Assembly (NCBI GenBank): GCA_963746845.1
Contig: CAVVCZ010000009.1
Coordinates: 1-64,000, forward strand
Origin: an uncultured Chloroflexia bacterium
GTDB taxonomy: Bacteria > Chloroflexota > Limnocylindria > Limnocylindrales > CSP1-4
DNA length: 64,000 nucleotides
Direction: 5' to 3'
The translations under genes and the position numbers were made by a program. A model generated the notes under the pieces. That model had not been told where the DNA came from. It was given only the letters and a program-made list of their open reading frames with translations, and ran no database searches. Every line of letters starts with the position of its first letter. The first letter of the stretch is position 1. Positions 18,461-30,566 of the stretch are shown one piece after another.

Positions 18461-21400
18461 ATGGCTCGGGGACTCCGTCGACGTCGGATCGTCGACCGAC
18501 TGGCCACTGTCGGCGCCGCACTCCTCATCGGATCCGTCACGATCCTGGGGACCGCCGTCTCGACCGCGATCGCGGCCAACAGCACCGATCTCACACCGTC
18601 CGCGACATCGACCGGAACGTGGGCCGACGCCGGCAACGCCCTCAACGGCTCCGATGACGGCCTCGTCGCCACGACGGCGACGAACAACGCCGACCAGAGC
18701 TATCGGACGTTCGGCTATACCCTGCCGACCGGCTCCATCGTGACCGGGATCACCATCAAGGTGGAGGCAGCGTCGACCGATCCCAGCGGCTGCCAGCTTG
18801 GCGTCAGCCTGTCAGGCGATGGAGGGAACACCTTCACGAACCGCCAGCCCGCCGGCCTGACGGACGTCTCCACTCCCCTCACCTTCGGCGGCACGTCCGA
18901 CGACTGGGGCTACGCGTGGGACGCGAGCCAGCTGTCGAACACCTCCTTCCGTGTCGTCCTCCGGAACCTCGACCCGGGGTCGAACTGCACCAACGGCTCG
19001 ACGACGTCGGTCGATCGGCTCTGGATGGTCGTGTCCTACACGACGATGGGCGGCGGGTCGAACAACGCGACGCTCTCGGCCGACGTCTGTGACACCGCCG
19101 ACTTCAACTTCATCATCGACATGTCCGGCTCGATCGGAGCCCAGGGCAACGTCCCGTCCAACCTCCAGCAGCTGAAGGACGGGATCAACGGGTTCGTCGC
19201 TGCCTTCCAGGCGGCCGGCGGCGACGGTCGCTACTCCGGGACGCGCTTCTCGGGCAGCAGCGCCACGACGCTGACCTCGGGCTATGTGTCCGACTCGTCC
19301 TTCCAGTCGAAGGTCACCGCGCTGTCGGGCCCGAGCGGCCTCACGCCGACCGCAAGCGGCATCAACACGGGCGCGGCGAACTTCGCCAATGACCGACCCG
19401 GAGCGCCGAACGTCATGTTCGTCGTCACCGACGGCTCGCCGAACATCCCGAACAGCCACGGCGACGACCTGAACAATCCCGACACGTGGCTGACCGCGGC
19501 CAACGCGGCGATCACCGCGGCGAACAACGCCCGGGCCGGATCCGGCGCCTCGAAGTACGTGGTGAAGGCCGTCTACCTGAGCACCTCGGGTGACCCCGGT
19601 GACACGAGCCTGCCGTTCTCCAATGCGGGCGACGCGGCCTGGGCGCAGGCCGTGATGACCAACATCGGTGGTGGCGCCTACTTCGACGCGGACTTCAAGT
19701 CCTTCGCAGCGGATCTCCTCAAGGCGATCCACTGCGCCCCGCCACCCCCGACGATCAAGGTCACGAAGACCGCGAACCCGACCTCGATCGGTGAGCCGGG
19801 CGGCAACGTCACGTTCACGGTCGATGTCCAGAACATCGCCCTCGATCCCGTCAAGCTCGACTCGCTCGTGGACGACGTCTACGGCAACCTCGACGGCAAG
19901 GGCACGTGCGACACCGGCGGCACGATCGCGGGTGGCGACACGTACAGCTGCCACTTCAGCGGTGCGGTCTCCGGCGCGCCCGGCTCGACCCACAAGGACA
20001 CGGTCACGGCCGACGCCTCGAACGCCAATGGCAAGGCCACCGATAGCGACGACGCCACCGTGACGATCACGGACGTCCTCCCGACGATCGACGTGACCAA
20101 GACCGCGAACCCGACCTCGGTCATGGAGCCGGGTGGCACGGTCACCTTCTCGGTCACGGTCCACAACACGAGCCCGGAGGCGGTCAGCCTCGACAGCCTG
20201 GTCGACAGCGTCTACGGCGACCTCAACGGGCAGGGCACGTGCGTCGCCGGCGGCTCGATCGCGAGCGGCGACACGTACAGCTGTCACTTCGACGGTGCGG
20301 TCAGCGGCAACGCCGGCTCGACCCACAAGGACATCGTCACGGCAACCGCCAGTGACAACGAGCAGAACCAGGTCAAGGCCAGCGACGACGCCATCGTGAC
20401 GATCGGCGACGTCCTGCCGACGATCTCCGTCGTGAAGACGGCCTCGCCGACCGCCGTCGACGAGCCGGGCGGTGACGTGACCTTCACGGTCGATGTCCAC
20501 AACTCCTCGATCGAGGCCGTCACGCTCGACAGCCTCGTCGACAACGTCTTCGGCAACCTCGCCGGCAAGGGCAACTGCGCCACCGGCAGCACCATCGCCG
20601 TGGGCGGCACCTACAGCTGCCAGTTCGTCGAGCCGATCACCGGCAACGCCGGTGACGTCCATCACGACACCGCCACCGCGACCGCGTCGGACGACGACGG
20701 CAACCACGTGTCCGCTCACGACGATGCGACCGTCACGATCCGCGACGTCAAGCCGGCGATCGGGGTCGTGAAGAGCGCCTTCCCGACGACGATCGGCGAG
20801 CCCGGCGGCACCGTGACGTTCTCGGTCCGCGTCGAGAACCACAGCCTGGAGGCCGTGACGCTCGACGCGCTCGTGGACGACGTCTACGGCAACCTCGACG
20901 GCAAGGGCACCTGTGACACCGGCGGCACGATCGCCGCCGGCGGCCACTACGACTGCGAGTTCGACGGGCAGGTCACCGGCAACGCCGGGACCGTCCACGT
21001 GGACACGGTCACCGCGACCGCGTCCGACGACGAGAAGAACCCCGCAACCGCCCACGACGACGCCTCGGTGACGATCACCGACGTGCCGATCTCGATCGCG
21101 GTCGACAAGCAGGCCACCCCGACAAGCGTCCCGGAGCCGGGCGCGACCGTGACCTTCTCGGTCGTCGTCGCGAACAACGGCACTGAGACGATCACCCTCG
21201 ACTCACTCGTGGACGACGTCTACGGCGACCTCGACGGCCAGGGCAGCTGCGCGCTGCCGCAGATCATCCCCGCCGGCGGCCAGTACAGCTGCGCCTTCTT
21301 CGGTGCCGTCTCGGGCAATGCCGGGACGACCCACAAGGACACCGTCACCGCCACCGGCAGCGACGATGACAACGGCCACGCCACCGCCCAGGACGACGCC

Positions 21401-21958
21401 ACGGTCGACGTGACCGACGTCCTGCCGACGATCAGCGTCGACAAGACGGCCACACCGGGCAGCCTGCCCGCGGCGGGCGGCTCGGCGACCTTCCAGGTCG
21501 TCGTGACCAACCACTCCGTGGAGCCGGTGACGATCACGTCGCTCGTCGACGACGTCTACGGCGACCTGAACGGGAAGGGCACGTGCGCCGTCGGTGCGGT
21601 GCTCGCCCCGGACGCCTCGTACACCTGCTCATTCGTCGGCGACATCCCGGCCAAGGCCGGCGAGCATGTCGACATCGTCACCGCCATCGCGGTCGATGAC
21701 GAGCAGAACCCGGCCACCAACCATGACGACGCGGTCGTCACCGTCGCCAAGCCGGCGCCCTCGACGGAAGTCAAGAGCGCGACCGGCAAGCCCCACATCA
21801 CGCCACCTCCGACAGACACGGATCCGATGTCGGTCCAGCCCAGCGATGCCGGCCTGCCGGCGCTGCTGCTCGGGATCCTCGCCATCGGGATCGCGGTCTT
21901 CTTCGCGGTCCCGCGCCGAGCTCCGGCGCGGGTCCGCGCCAAGGCCCGCCGTCGCTGA
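18461..21958 (+). CDS. Large cell-surface protein: signal peptide, beta-rich N-domain, vWA domain, six Ig-like repeats, C-terminal sorting-like tail
   Basis: Signal peptide, MIDAS DMSGS..T..VTDG, six ~112-aa repeats, then TPPPTDT, a TM helix and a basic tail. SD GGAGG. Confidence 0.88.
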   Translation: MARGLRRRRIVDRLATVGAALLIGSVTILGTAVSTAIAANSTDLTPSATSTGTWADAGNALNGSDDGLVATTATNNADQSYRTFGYTLPTGSIVTGITIKVEAASTDPSGCQLGVSLSGDGGNTFTNRQPAGLTDVSTPLTFGGTSDDWGYAWDASQLSNTSFRVVLRNLDPGSNCTNGSTTSVDRLWMVVSYTTMGGGSNNATLSADVCDTADFNFIIDMSGSIGAQGNVPSNLQQLKDGINGFVAAFQAAGGDGRYSGTRFSGSSATTLTSGYVSDSSFQSKVTALSGPSGLTPTASGINTGAANFANDRPGAPNVMFVVTDGSPNIPNSHGDDLNNPDTWLTAANAAITAANNARAGSGASKYVVKAVYLSTSGDPGDTSLPFSNAGDAAWAQAVMTNIGGGAYFDADFKSFAADLLKAIHCAPPPPTIKVTKTANPTSIGEPGGNVTFTVDVQNIALDPVKLDSLVDDVYGNLDGKGTCDTGGTIAGGDTYSCHFSGAVSGAPGSTHKDTVTADASNANGKATDSDDATVTITDVLPTIDVTKTANPTSVMEPGGTVTFSVTVHNTSPEAVSLDSLVDSVYGDLNGQGTCVAGGSIASGDTYSCHFDGAVSGNAGSTHKDIVTATASDNEQNQVKASDDAIVTIGDVLPTISVVKTASPTAVDEPGGDVTFTVDVHNSSIEAVTLDSLVDNVFGNLAGKGNCATGSTIAVGGTYSCQFVEPITGNAGDVHHDTATATASDDDGNHVSAHDDATVTIRDVKPAIGVVKSAFPTTIGEPGGTVTFSVRVENHSLEAVTLDALVDDVYGNLDGKGTCDTGGTIAAGGHYDCEFDGQVTGNAGTVHVDTVTATASDDEKNPATAHDDASVTITDVPISIAVDKQATPTSVPEPGATVTFSVVVANNGTETITLDSLVDDVYGDLDGQGSCALPQIIPAGGQYSCAFFGAVSGNAGTTHKDTVTATGSDDDNGHATAQDDATVDVTDVLPTISVDKTATPGSLPAAGGSATFQVVVTNHSVEPVTITSLVDDVYGDLNGKGTCAVGAVLAPDASYTCSFVGDIPAKAGEHVDIVTAIAVDDEQNPATNHDDAVVTVAKPAPSTEVKSATGKPHITPPPTDTDPMSVQPSDAGLPALLLGILAIGIAVFFAVPRRAPARVRAKARRR
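19748..21757 (+). repeat. Six tandem intragenic repeats (~336 bp; DUF11/DUF7507-like Ig fold)
   Basis: Units start at 19748, 20081, 20417, 20753, 21089, 21425. Consensus IxVxKxAxP..EPGGxVTFxVxVxN..LDSLVDDVYGxLxGxGxC..YSCxF..HxDxVTA..DDAxV. Confidence 0.92.
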
Positions 21959-22031
21959 AATCACCGGCACCACCCAGGTGCCAGCCGGCGCCGTGAGGCG
22001 CCGGCTCCTCCCTCCGGGTCCCCGAGACCGT

Positions 22032-22078
22032 ACGCGGGGCTCGCCCATCCAGGGCGAGCCCCGCGTGTCTCTGTCTCT
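22032..22078 (+). terminator. Intrinsic terminator-like hairpin between convergent genes
   Basis: Perfect 15-bp stem ACGCGGGGCTCGCCC-atcca-GGGCGAGCCCCGCGT followed by a pyrimidine-rich tail. Confidence 0.7.
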
Positions 22079-22108
22079 CGGCGGCCGATACCTGTCGGCT
22101 GATCGTCG

Positions 22109-25851
<3,743 letters not shown>

Positions 25852-25855
<4 letters not shown>

Positions 25856-27819
25856 GACGCGACCGCAACGGTCGGATGCCGCGACCGGATGCGCCGGACG
25901 AGCTCGGCGCACTGCTCGTACCGCCCGAAGCTGGGCATGACGTATGTCCCGGCGACCTCGCCCTCCATCGCGGTGAGGAGGTGGTCGGCCATCTCGATGC
26001 CGACTTCCGACCCGCGCTGTCCGGCCGCCCGCATCGCGGCCCGCGCCTCGTCGGCGATCGTGATCCCGGGGACCTCGTTGTGGAGGAACTCGGCGTGGCG
26101 GGTCGAGACGAGCGGGAGCACCCCGAGCAGGACGGGCACCGGGAAGCCGCCTGGACCGAACCGCCGGCGCGCCTCGTCCAGCATCGACTCGACCTGCTCG
26201 ACGGAATACAGCGGCTGGGTCATCACGACGTGCGCTCCGGCCTCGAGCTTGCGCTCCAGGCGATCCCACTCGGTGACCTGGTCGGCCGCCGTCGAGTCGA
26301 GCGCGCAGGCGATCGTGAAGCCGGCCCGCTGGCCGATTGACGCACCGGACGGGTCTTCCGCCCGGTTGAGCCGGGCAAGGATCTCGATCAGCCCGATCGA
26401 ATCGACGTCCCAGACTCCCGTCCCGGTCGGGTAGTCGCCGATCCGCGGCGGGTCGCCGGTCAGGGCGATGATGTTCCTGACGCCGAGGGCGTGGGCGCCG
26501 AGCAGCTCCGACTCGAGGGCCATCAGGTTCCGGTCGCGGGTCGTGCAGTGGACGAGACACTCGAGATCCAGGTCGTGCTGGATCCCGAAGGCGACCGACA
26601 GCGCGCTCATCCGCACCCGGGCCATCGCCGAGTCCGACACGTTGACGACATCGACGCCGGCGTCGCGCAGAAGCCGCGCCGCCTCGATCGTCCGCTCGAT
26701 CCGGATGCTCCGCGGCGGGTCGATCTCGACCGAGACGACGAAGCGCCGGGCGGCAAGGAGCTCGGCGAGCCGGGTCGGCGGTGGCGCCTCCTCGGCACGC
26801 GTCAGGTGGGCGGTACGCTCGGCGAGCGACGTGGACGCGGCCGCAGGACGGGAGACCTCGACCGCGAGCGCGGCCGCGGGGCGATCATCGGTCCCGACGG
26901 CCGCCTGGCCTTCGTCGAGAGCGAGCCGCATCGCGGCGATGTGCTCGGGCGTCGTGCCGCAGCAGCCGCCGAGGAGTCGAGCGCCGGCCGCCAGCATCCG
27001 CGGGGTCATCGTCCGGAAGTACTCGGGGCTCGCGGCGAACACGAAGCGGCCCTCGAGCCGCTGCGAGAGCCCGGCATTCGGCATGATCGAGCGGGCGGGC
27101 TCGCCGTCGGCAGGGTGGCCCATCGCCTCCAGCGCATCGAGGCACGGCGTCGGCCCAGCCCCGCAGTTCACGCCGACGACGTCCGCTCCGGCGCGGCCGA
27201 GCGCCTCCGCCGCCGCCGCCGGTCCGTTGCCGTCGGCGAGGACCTGCTCCTCGCCGAACGTGAGCGATGCAATCACGGGCATGTCGGACGCCCGCCGTGC
27301 CTCGTCCAGCGCGAGCAACAGGGCGTCGAGATCGGAGAACGTCTCGAGCACGATCACGTCGGCGCCGCCCTCGAGGAGGCCCTCGATCTGCTCGCGGAAC
27401 GCCCCTCGGACCTCCGCCTCGGGGATCGTCGCCCCGGCGCGGGCGGGCGGCCCGAGCGGACCCATGGAGCCTCCGATGAGCGCGTCGCGTCCGCTGACCT
27501 CGCGAGCGGCACGGGCGAGCTGGGCGGCACGCCGGCTCAGCTCGCCCGCCCGGCCCTCCAGCCCCCACGTCGCGAGCCGCCGTCGATTCGCGCCGAACGA
27601 CAGAGTCTCGATCAGCTCGGCGCCTGCCTCGAGGTACTCCCGGTGGAGGGCGCCGACCAGCTCGGGCTGGCTGATGACGAGCTCCTCGAGACACGCCCGC
27701 TGGGGGACCCCGCGGCTGAACAACAGCGTTCCCATGCCGCCGTCGACGAGGAGCGGGCGCGTCGCGAGCCGCTGCCGGAAGCGCGGCCGCGGCAGACCGG
27801 CCGAAGGCTCCGCCGTCAA
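25852..27819 (-). CDS. yitJ: Bifunctional homocysteine S-methyltransferase / methylenetetrahydrofolate reductase (YitJ-type)
   Basis: N-domain [22 protein letters not shown]-domain [33 protein letters not shown]. Confidence 0.9.
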
Positions 27820-27928
27820 ACGGTGAACCCCGCATCCGGGTCGATGGAACGTCTTGGAGTCGGCATGGCTCCTCGGCTTTGCTCGACGCGGGGAGCCGCG
27901 CCGGCGGGCGATCGGACGCGGGACCGGC

Positions 27929-27962
27929 AGAAACGGAAAGACCCTTCCCGCCCGGAAGGGTC
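27929..27962 (-). terminator. Riboswitch expression-platform terminator
   Basis: Minus strand GACCCTTCC-gggcg-GGAAGGGTC followed by TTTCCGTTTCT, just 3' of the SAM-I aptamer. Confidence 0.8.
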
Positions 27963-27978
27963 CTGAACGAAGGGGTCC

Positions 27979-28081
27979 CTTATCGCGCAGGAGAACCTGC
28001 CCGGAATTGGCACCTTGCCGGCGCGTCGCCGGTAGGTTGTCGTGGCTTCAACGGGCCGGTCCCTCCGCCACTCTGGATAAG
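27979..28081 (-). ncRNA. SAM-I (S-box) riboswitch
   Basis: Minus strand CTTATCCAGAGTGGCGGAGGGACCGGCCCGTTGAAGCCACGACAACC...GGTGCCAATTCC...GATAAG. P1 CTTATC/GATAAG. Upstream of yitJ-metH. Confidence 0.95.
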
Positions 28082-28151
28082 CGCTGTTCAGTTGTGCCGG
28101 AAATGGTGCCAAAGGTGGCCGGGAAGAGCAAGCGTCGCGACGCGTCGACGG

Positions 28152-29018
28152 TCAGTCCCGGAGGCGCTGCAGCATGGATCGCCGCCACGTCTCCGTTGCC
28201 GCGACCGCGTTGAAGGTGTACAGGTGCAGATCGACGATCCGCGCCGCCGGATCGGCCACGTGGGGTGCCAGGCCCTCGAGCAGGCCGCTCGGCCGGTAGA
28301 AGCCGCCGGAACGCATCAGCCGGGCGACGAACCGGATGTTCTTCGAGAGAAAGCGGTGCGTGTCGGCCACGCCGATCCGGGCGCTGATCGCGAGCAGCTT
28401 GTGCGGCTCGGCGACGCCGGGGATGCCGATGTGGGCAGGCAGCGCGATGCCATCAGCCCGACGAGCGGCCAACCACGTGGCGATCGCGCCAGGGTCGAAG
28501 CACAGCTGGGTCGTCATGTAGCTCGCGTAGGCGGCCTTGTCGCGAAGTGCGTCCAGCAGGAGCCGGTCGGCGATGAACGCGTGGCCCTGCGGGTAGCACG
28601 GGATCCCGATCTCGCGCAGCGGATGCCCGATCTCGGCCATCGCCCGAAGCAGCGACAGCCCGTCGGGGAAGTCGCCGGGCTCCTTCGCGTCGCCGCCGAC
28701 GACAAACGCCCGGTCCACACCGGCCCCTTCGAGCCAGTCGACGAGCGCCGTCAGGTGCGCCCGGTCGCGAACCTGTCGTGCCGAGAGGTGGGGAACGGCT
28801 CGGAAGCCCCCAACCTGGAGCTGCTCGCAGAGCGTCACCGTCGCCTCGATCCCCTTCGCCGGTGACGACGTCACCGTCACGGTCGCTCCGGGCGGCAGGA
28901 AGGCGGCCTGGTCGATCGCATTCCTGAGCGGCACGAGCTCGAACGTCGGGTGTTCGAGGATCCGGGCGAGCGCGGCTCGCGCGGGTGGCGCCAGGGTCTG
29001 GCGGCGGCGGAACAGCAA
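28152..29018 (-). CDS. metF: Methylenetetrahydrofolate reductase-family flavoprotein
   Basis: TFELVP, PHLSAR, VGGD, YPQGH, TQLCFD, HLYTFN. TTG start. Confidence 0.82.
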   Translation of the reverse strand: MLFRRRQTLAPPARAALARILEHPTFELVPLRNAIDQAAFLPPGATVTVTSSPAKGIEATVTLCEQLQVGGFRAVPHLSARQVRDRAHLTALVDWLEGAGVDRAFVVGGDAKEPGDFPDGLSLLRAMAEIGHPLREIGIPCYPQGHAFIADRLLLDALRDKAAYASYMTTQLCFDPGAIATWLAARRADGIALPAHIGIPGVAEPHKLLAISARIGVADTHRFLSKNIRFVARLMRSGGFYRPSGLLEGLAPHVADPAARIVDLHLYTFNAVAATETWRRSMLQRLRD

Positions 29019-29024
29019 GGGGGA

Positions 29025-30566
29025 CTAGACCTCGGAGTCCGGCATCGACGCCTTGCGCCGCGCGATGAACTCCCCGAGGGCCTCGTCGATGCCGGGATCG
29101 ATCGGCGGCGCCTCGTACTCGCGGAGCATCCGCTTCCAGATCGCGTTGGCGCGCTGGGCGGCGTCCAGCGAGCCGTCCTCCTGCCACTGCTCGAAGCTGT
29201 TGTTGTCGGCGGTCTCGCTCCGGTAGAACGCGGTCTCGAAGTTCGCGAGCGTGTGGGCCGACCCGAGGTGGTGTTGGCCCGGTGGGTTCTGGAGCATCGC
29301 CTGAAGCGCCTGGCCGTTCTCGCTCATGTCGACGCCCTTCACGAACACCGCGGCCATCCCGCACTGGTCCGTGTCGAGGATGAACTTCTCGTAGCCGACG
29401 GTCAGGCCGCCCTCGAGCCAGCCCGCGGCGTGGAGGACGAAGTTGACGCCGCCGAGGATCGTCGGGCCGAAGGTCGCGGCGCTCTCGTACGCGGCCTGGG
29501 CGTCGGCGATCTTCGACGCGCACAGGTTGCCGCCGGAGCGGAACGGGACGCCGAGCCGGCGGGCGAGCGAGGCCATGACGAAGAGCACCAGGGCGGGCTC
29601 CGGTGTGCCGAACGTCGGCGCGCCGGACTGCATCGAGATGGAGCTCGCGAAGGAGCCCAGGACCACCGGCGCGCCCGGCCGGACGAGCTGGACGAACGCC
29701 ATCCCGCCCATCGCCTCCGCCAGGGTCTGGGCGCAGACGCCGGCCGCGGTCACCGGGGCCATCGCCCCGGCGAGGATGAACGGCGTCAGGAGCGTCGCCT
29801 GGTTCGCCTCCGCGTAGGCCCGCGCCGCGCCCAGCATCACCGAGTCCCAGACAAGCGGCGAGTTCGCGTTGATCAGCGAGAGGACGACCGGGTGCGTCTC
29901 GAGGTAGTCGGCCCCGAACGCGATCCGGGCCATCTCCACGGTGTCGCGGGCGCGCTCCGGGGCGGTGACGCTGCCCATGAACGGCTTGTCGCTGTAGCGG
30001 ATGTGCGAATAGACCATGTCGAGATGGCGCTTGTTGACCGGGACGTCGACGGGCTCGCAGACCGTGCCGCCGCTGTGGTGGAGATGCGGGCTCATGTAGG
30101 TCAGCTTCACGAGGTTCCGGAAGTCCTCGATCGTGCCGTAGCGCCGGCCGTTGTCGAGGTCCCGGACAAAGGGCGAGCCGTAGTTCGGTGCGAACACGGT
30201 GTGCATCCCGCCGATCTCGACGTGGTTCGCCTCGTTCCGGGCGTACTGGGTGAACTGGCGTGGCGCGGTGGCCTGGACGAGCTGGCGCGCAAGCCCGCCC
30301 GGAAAGCGGACCCGCTCGCCCTGAACGTCGGCGCCGGCATCCTTCAGGAGCCGGAGCGCATCGGCATCGCCACGGAACTCCAGCCCCACCTCCTGGAGGA
30401 TCGTGTCGGCGTTCGCCTCGATGATCGAGAGGCCCTCGTCGCCGAGGACCTCGAACGGCGCGAGGGTGCGCGTCATGAAGGGCTCGCGCGCGAGCTGCGA
30501 GTGGAGGCGCAGGGCGCGTCGGGCGTCGCGCCCGCCCGATCGGCGGTGGCTGCCATCGACGGTCAT
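29025..30566 (-). CDS. mttB: Trimethylamine methyltransferase (MttB) family, non-pyrrolysine; likely quaternary-amine (glycine betaine):corrinoid methyltransferase
   Basis: ILQEVG, APNYGSPFV, SGGTVCEPVDVP, SDKPFMGS, NSPL, GAMAPVT, GAPTFGTPE, DAQAAYES, HAAGWLEGGL. No in-frame TAG. ATG 30566 overlaps the upstream stop. Confidence 0.9.
   Translation of the reverse strand: MTVDGSHRRSGGRDARRALRLHSQLAREPFMTRTLAPFEVLGDEGLSIIEANADTILQEVGLEFRGDADALRLLKDAGADVQGERVRFPGGLARQLVQATAPRQFTQYARNEANHVEIGGMHTVFAPNYGSPFVRDLDNGRRYGTIEDFRNLVKLTYMSPHLHHSGGTVCEPVDVPVNKRHLDMVYSHIRYSDKPFMGSVTAPERARDTVEMARIAFGADYLETHPVVLSLINANSPLVWDSVMLGAARAYAEANQATLLTPFILAGAMAPVTAAGVCAQTLAEAMGGMAFVQLVRPGAPVVLGSFASSISMQSGAPTFGTPEPALVLFVMASLARRLGVPFRSGGNLCASKIADAQAAYESAATFGPTILGGVNFVLHAAGWLEGGLTVGYEKFILDTDQCGMAAVFVKGVDMSENGQALQAMLQNPPGQHHLGSAHTLANFETAFYRSETADNNSFEQWQEDGSLDAAQRANAIWKRMLREYEAPPIDPGIDEALGEFIARRKASMPDSEV

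Noticed and set aside
29025-30566. Pyrrolysine recoding in MttB
   Set aside because: No in-frame TAG within the gene and no pyl genes or tRNA in the window.
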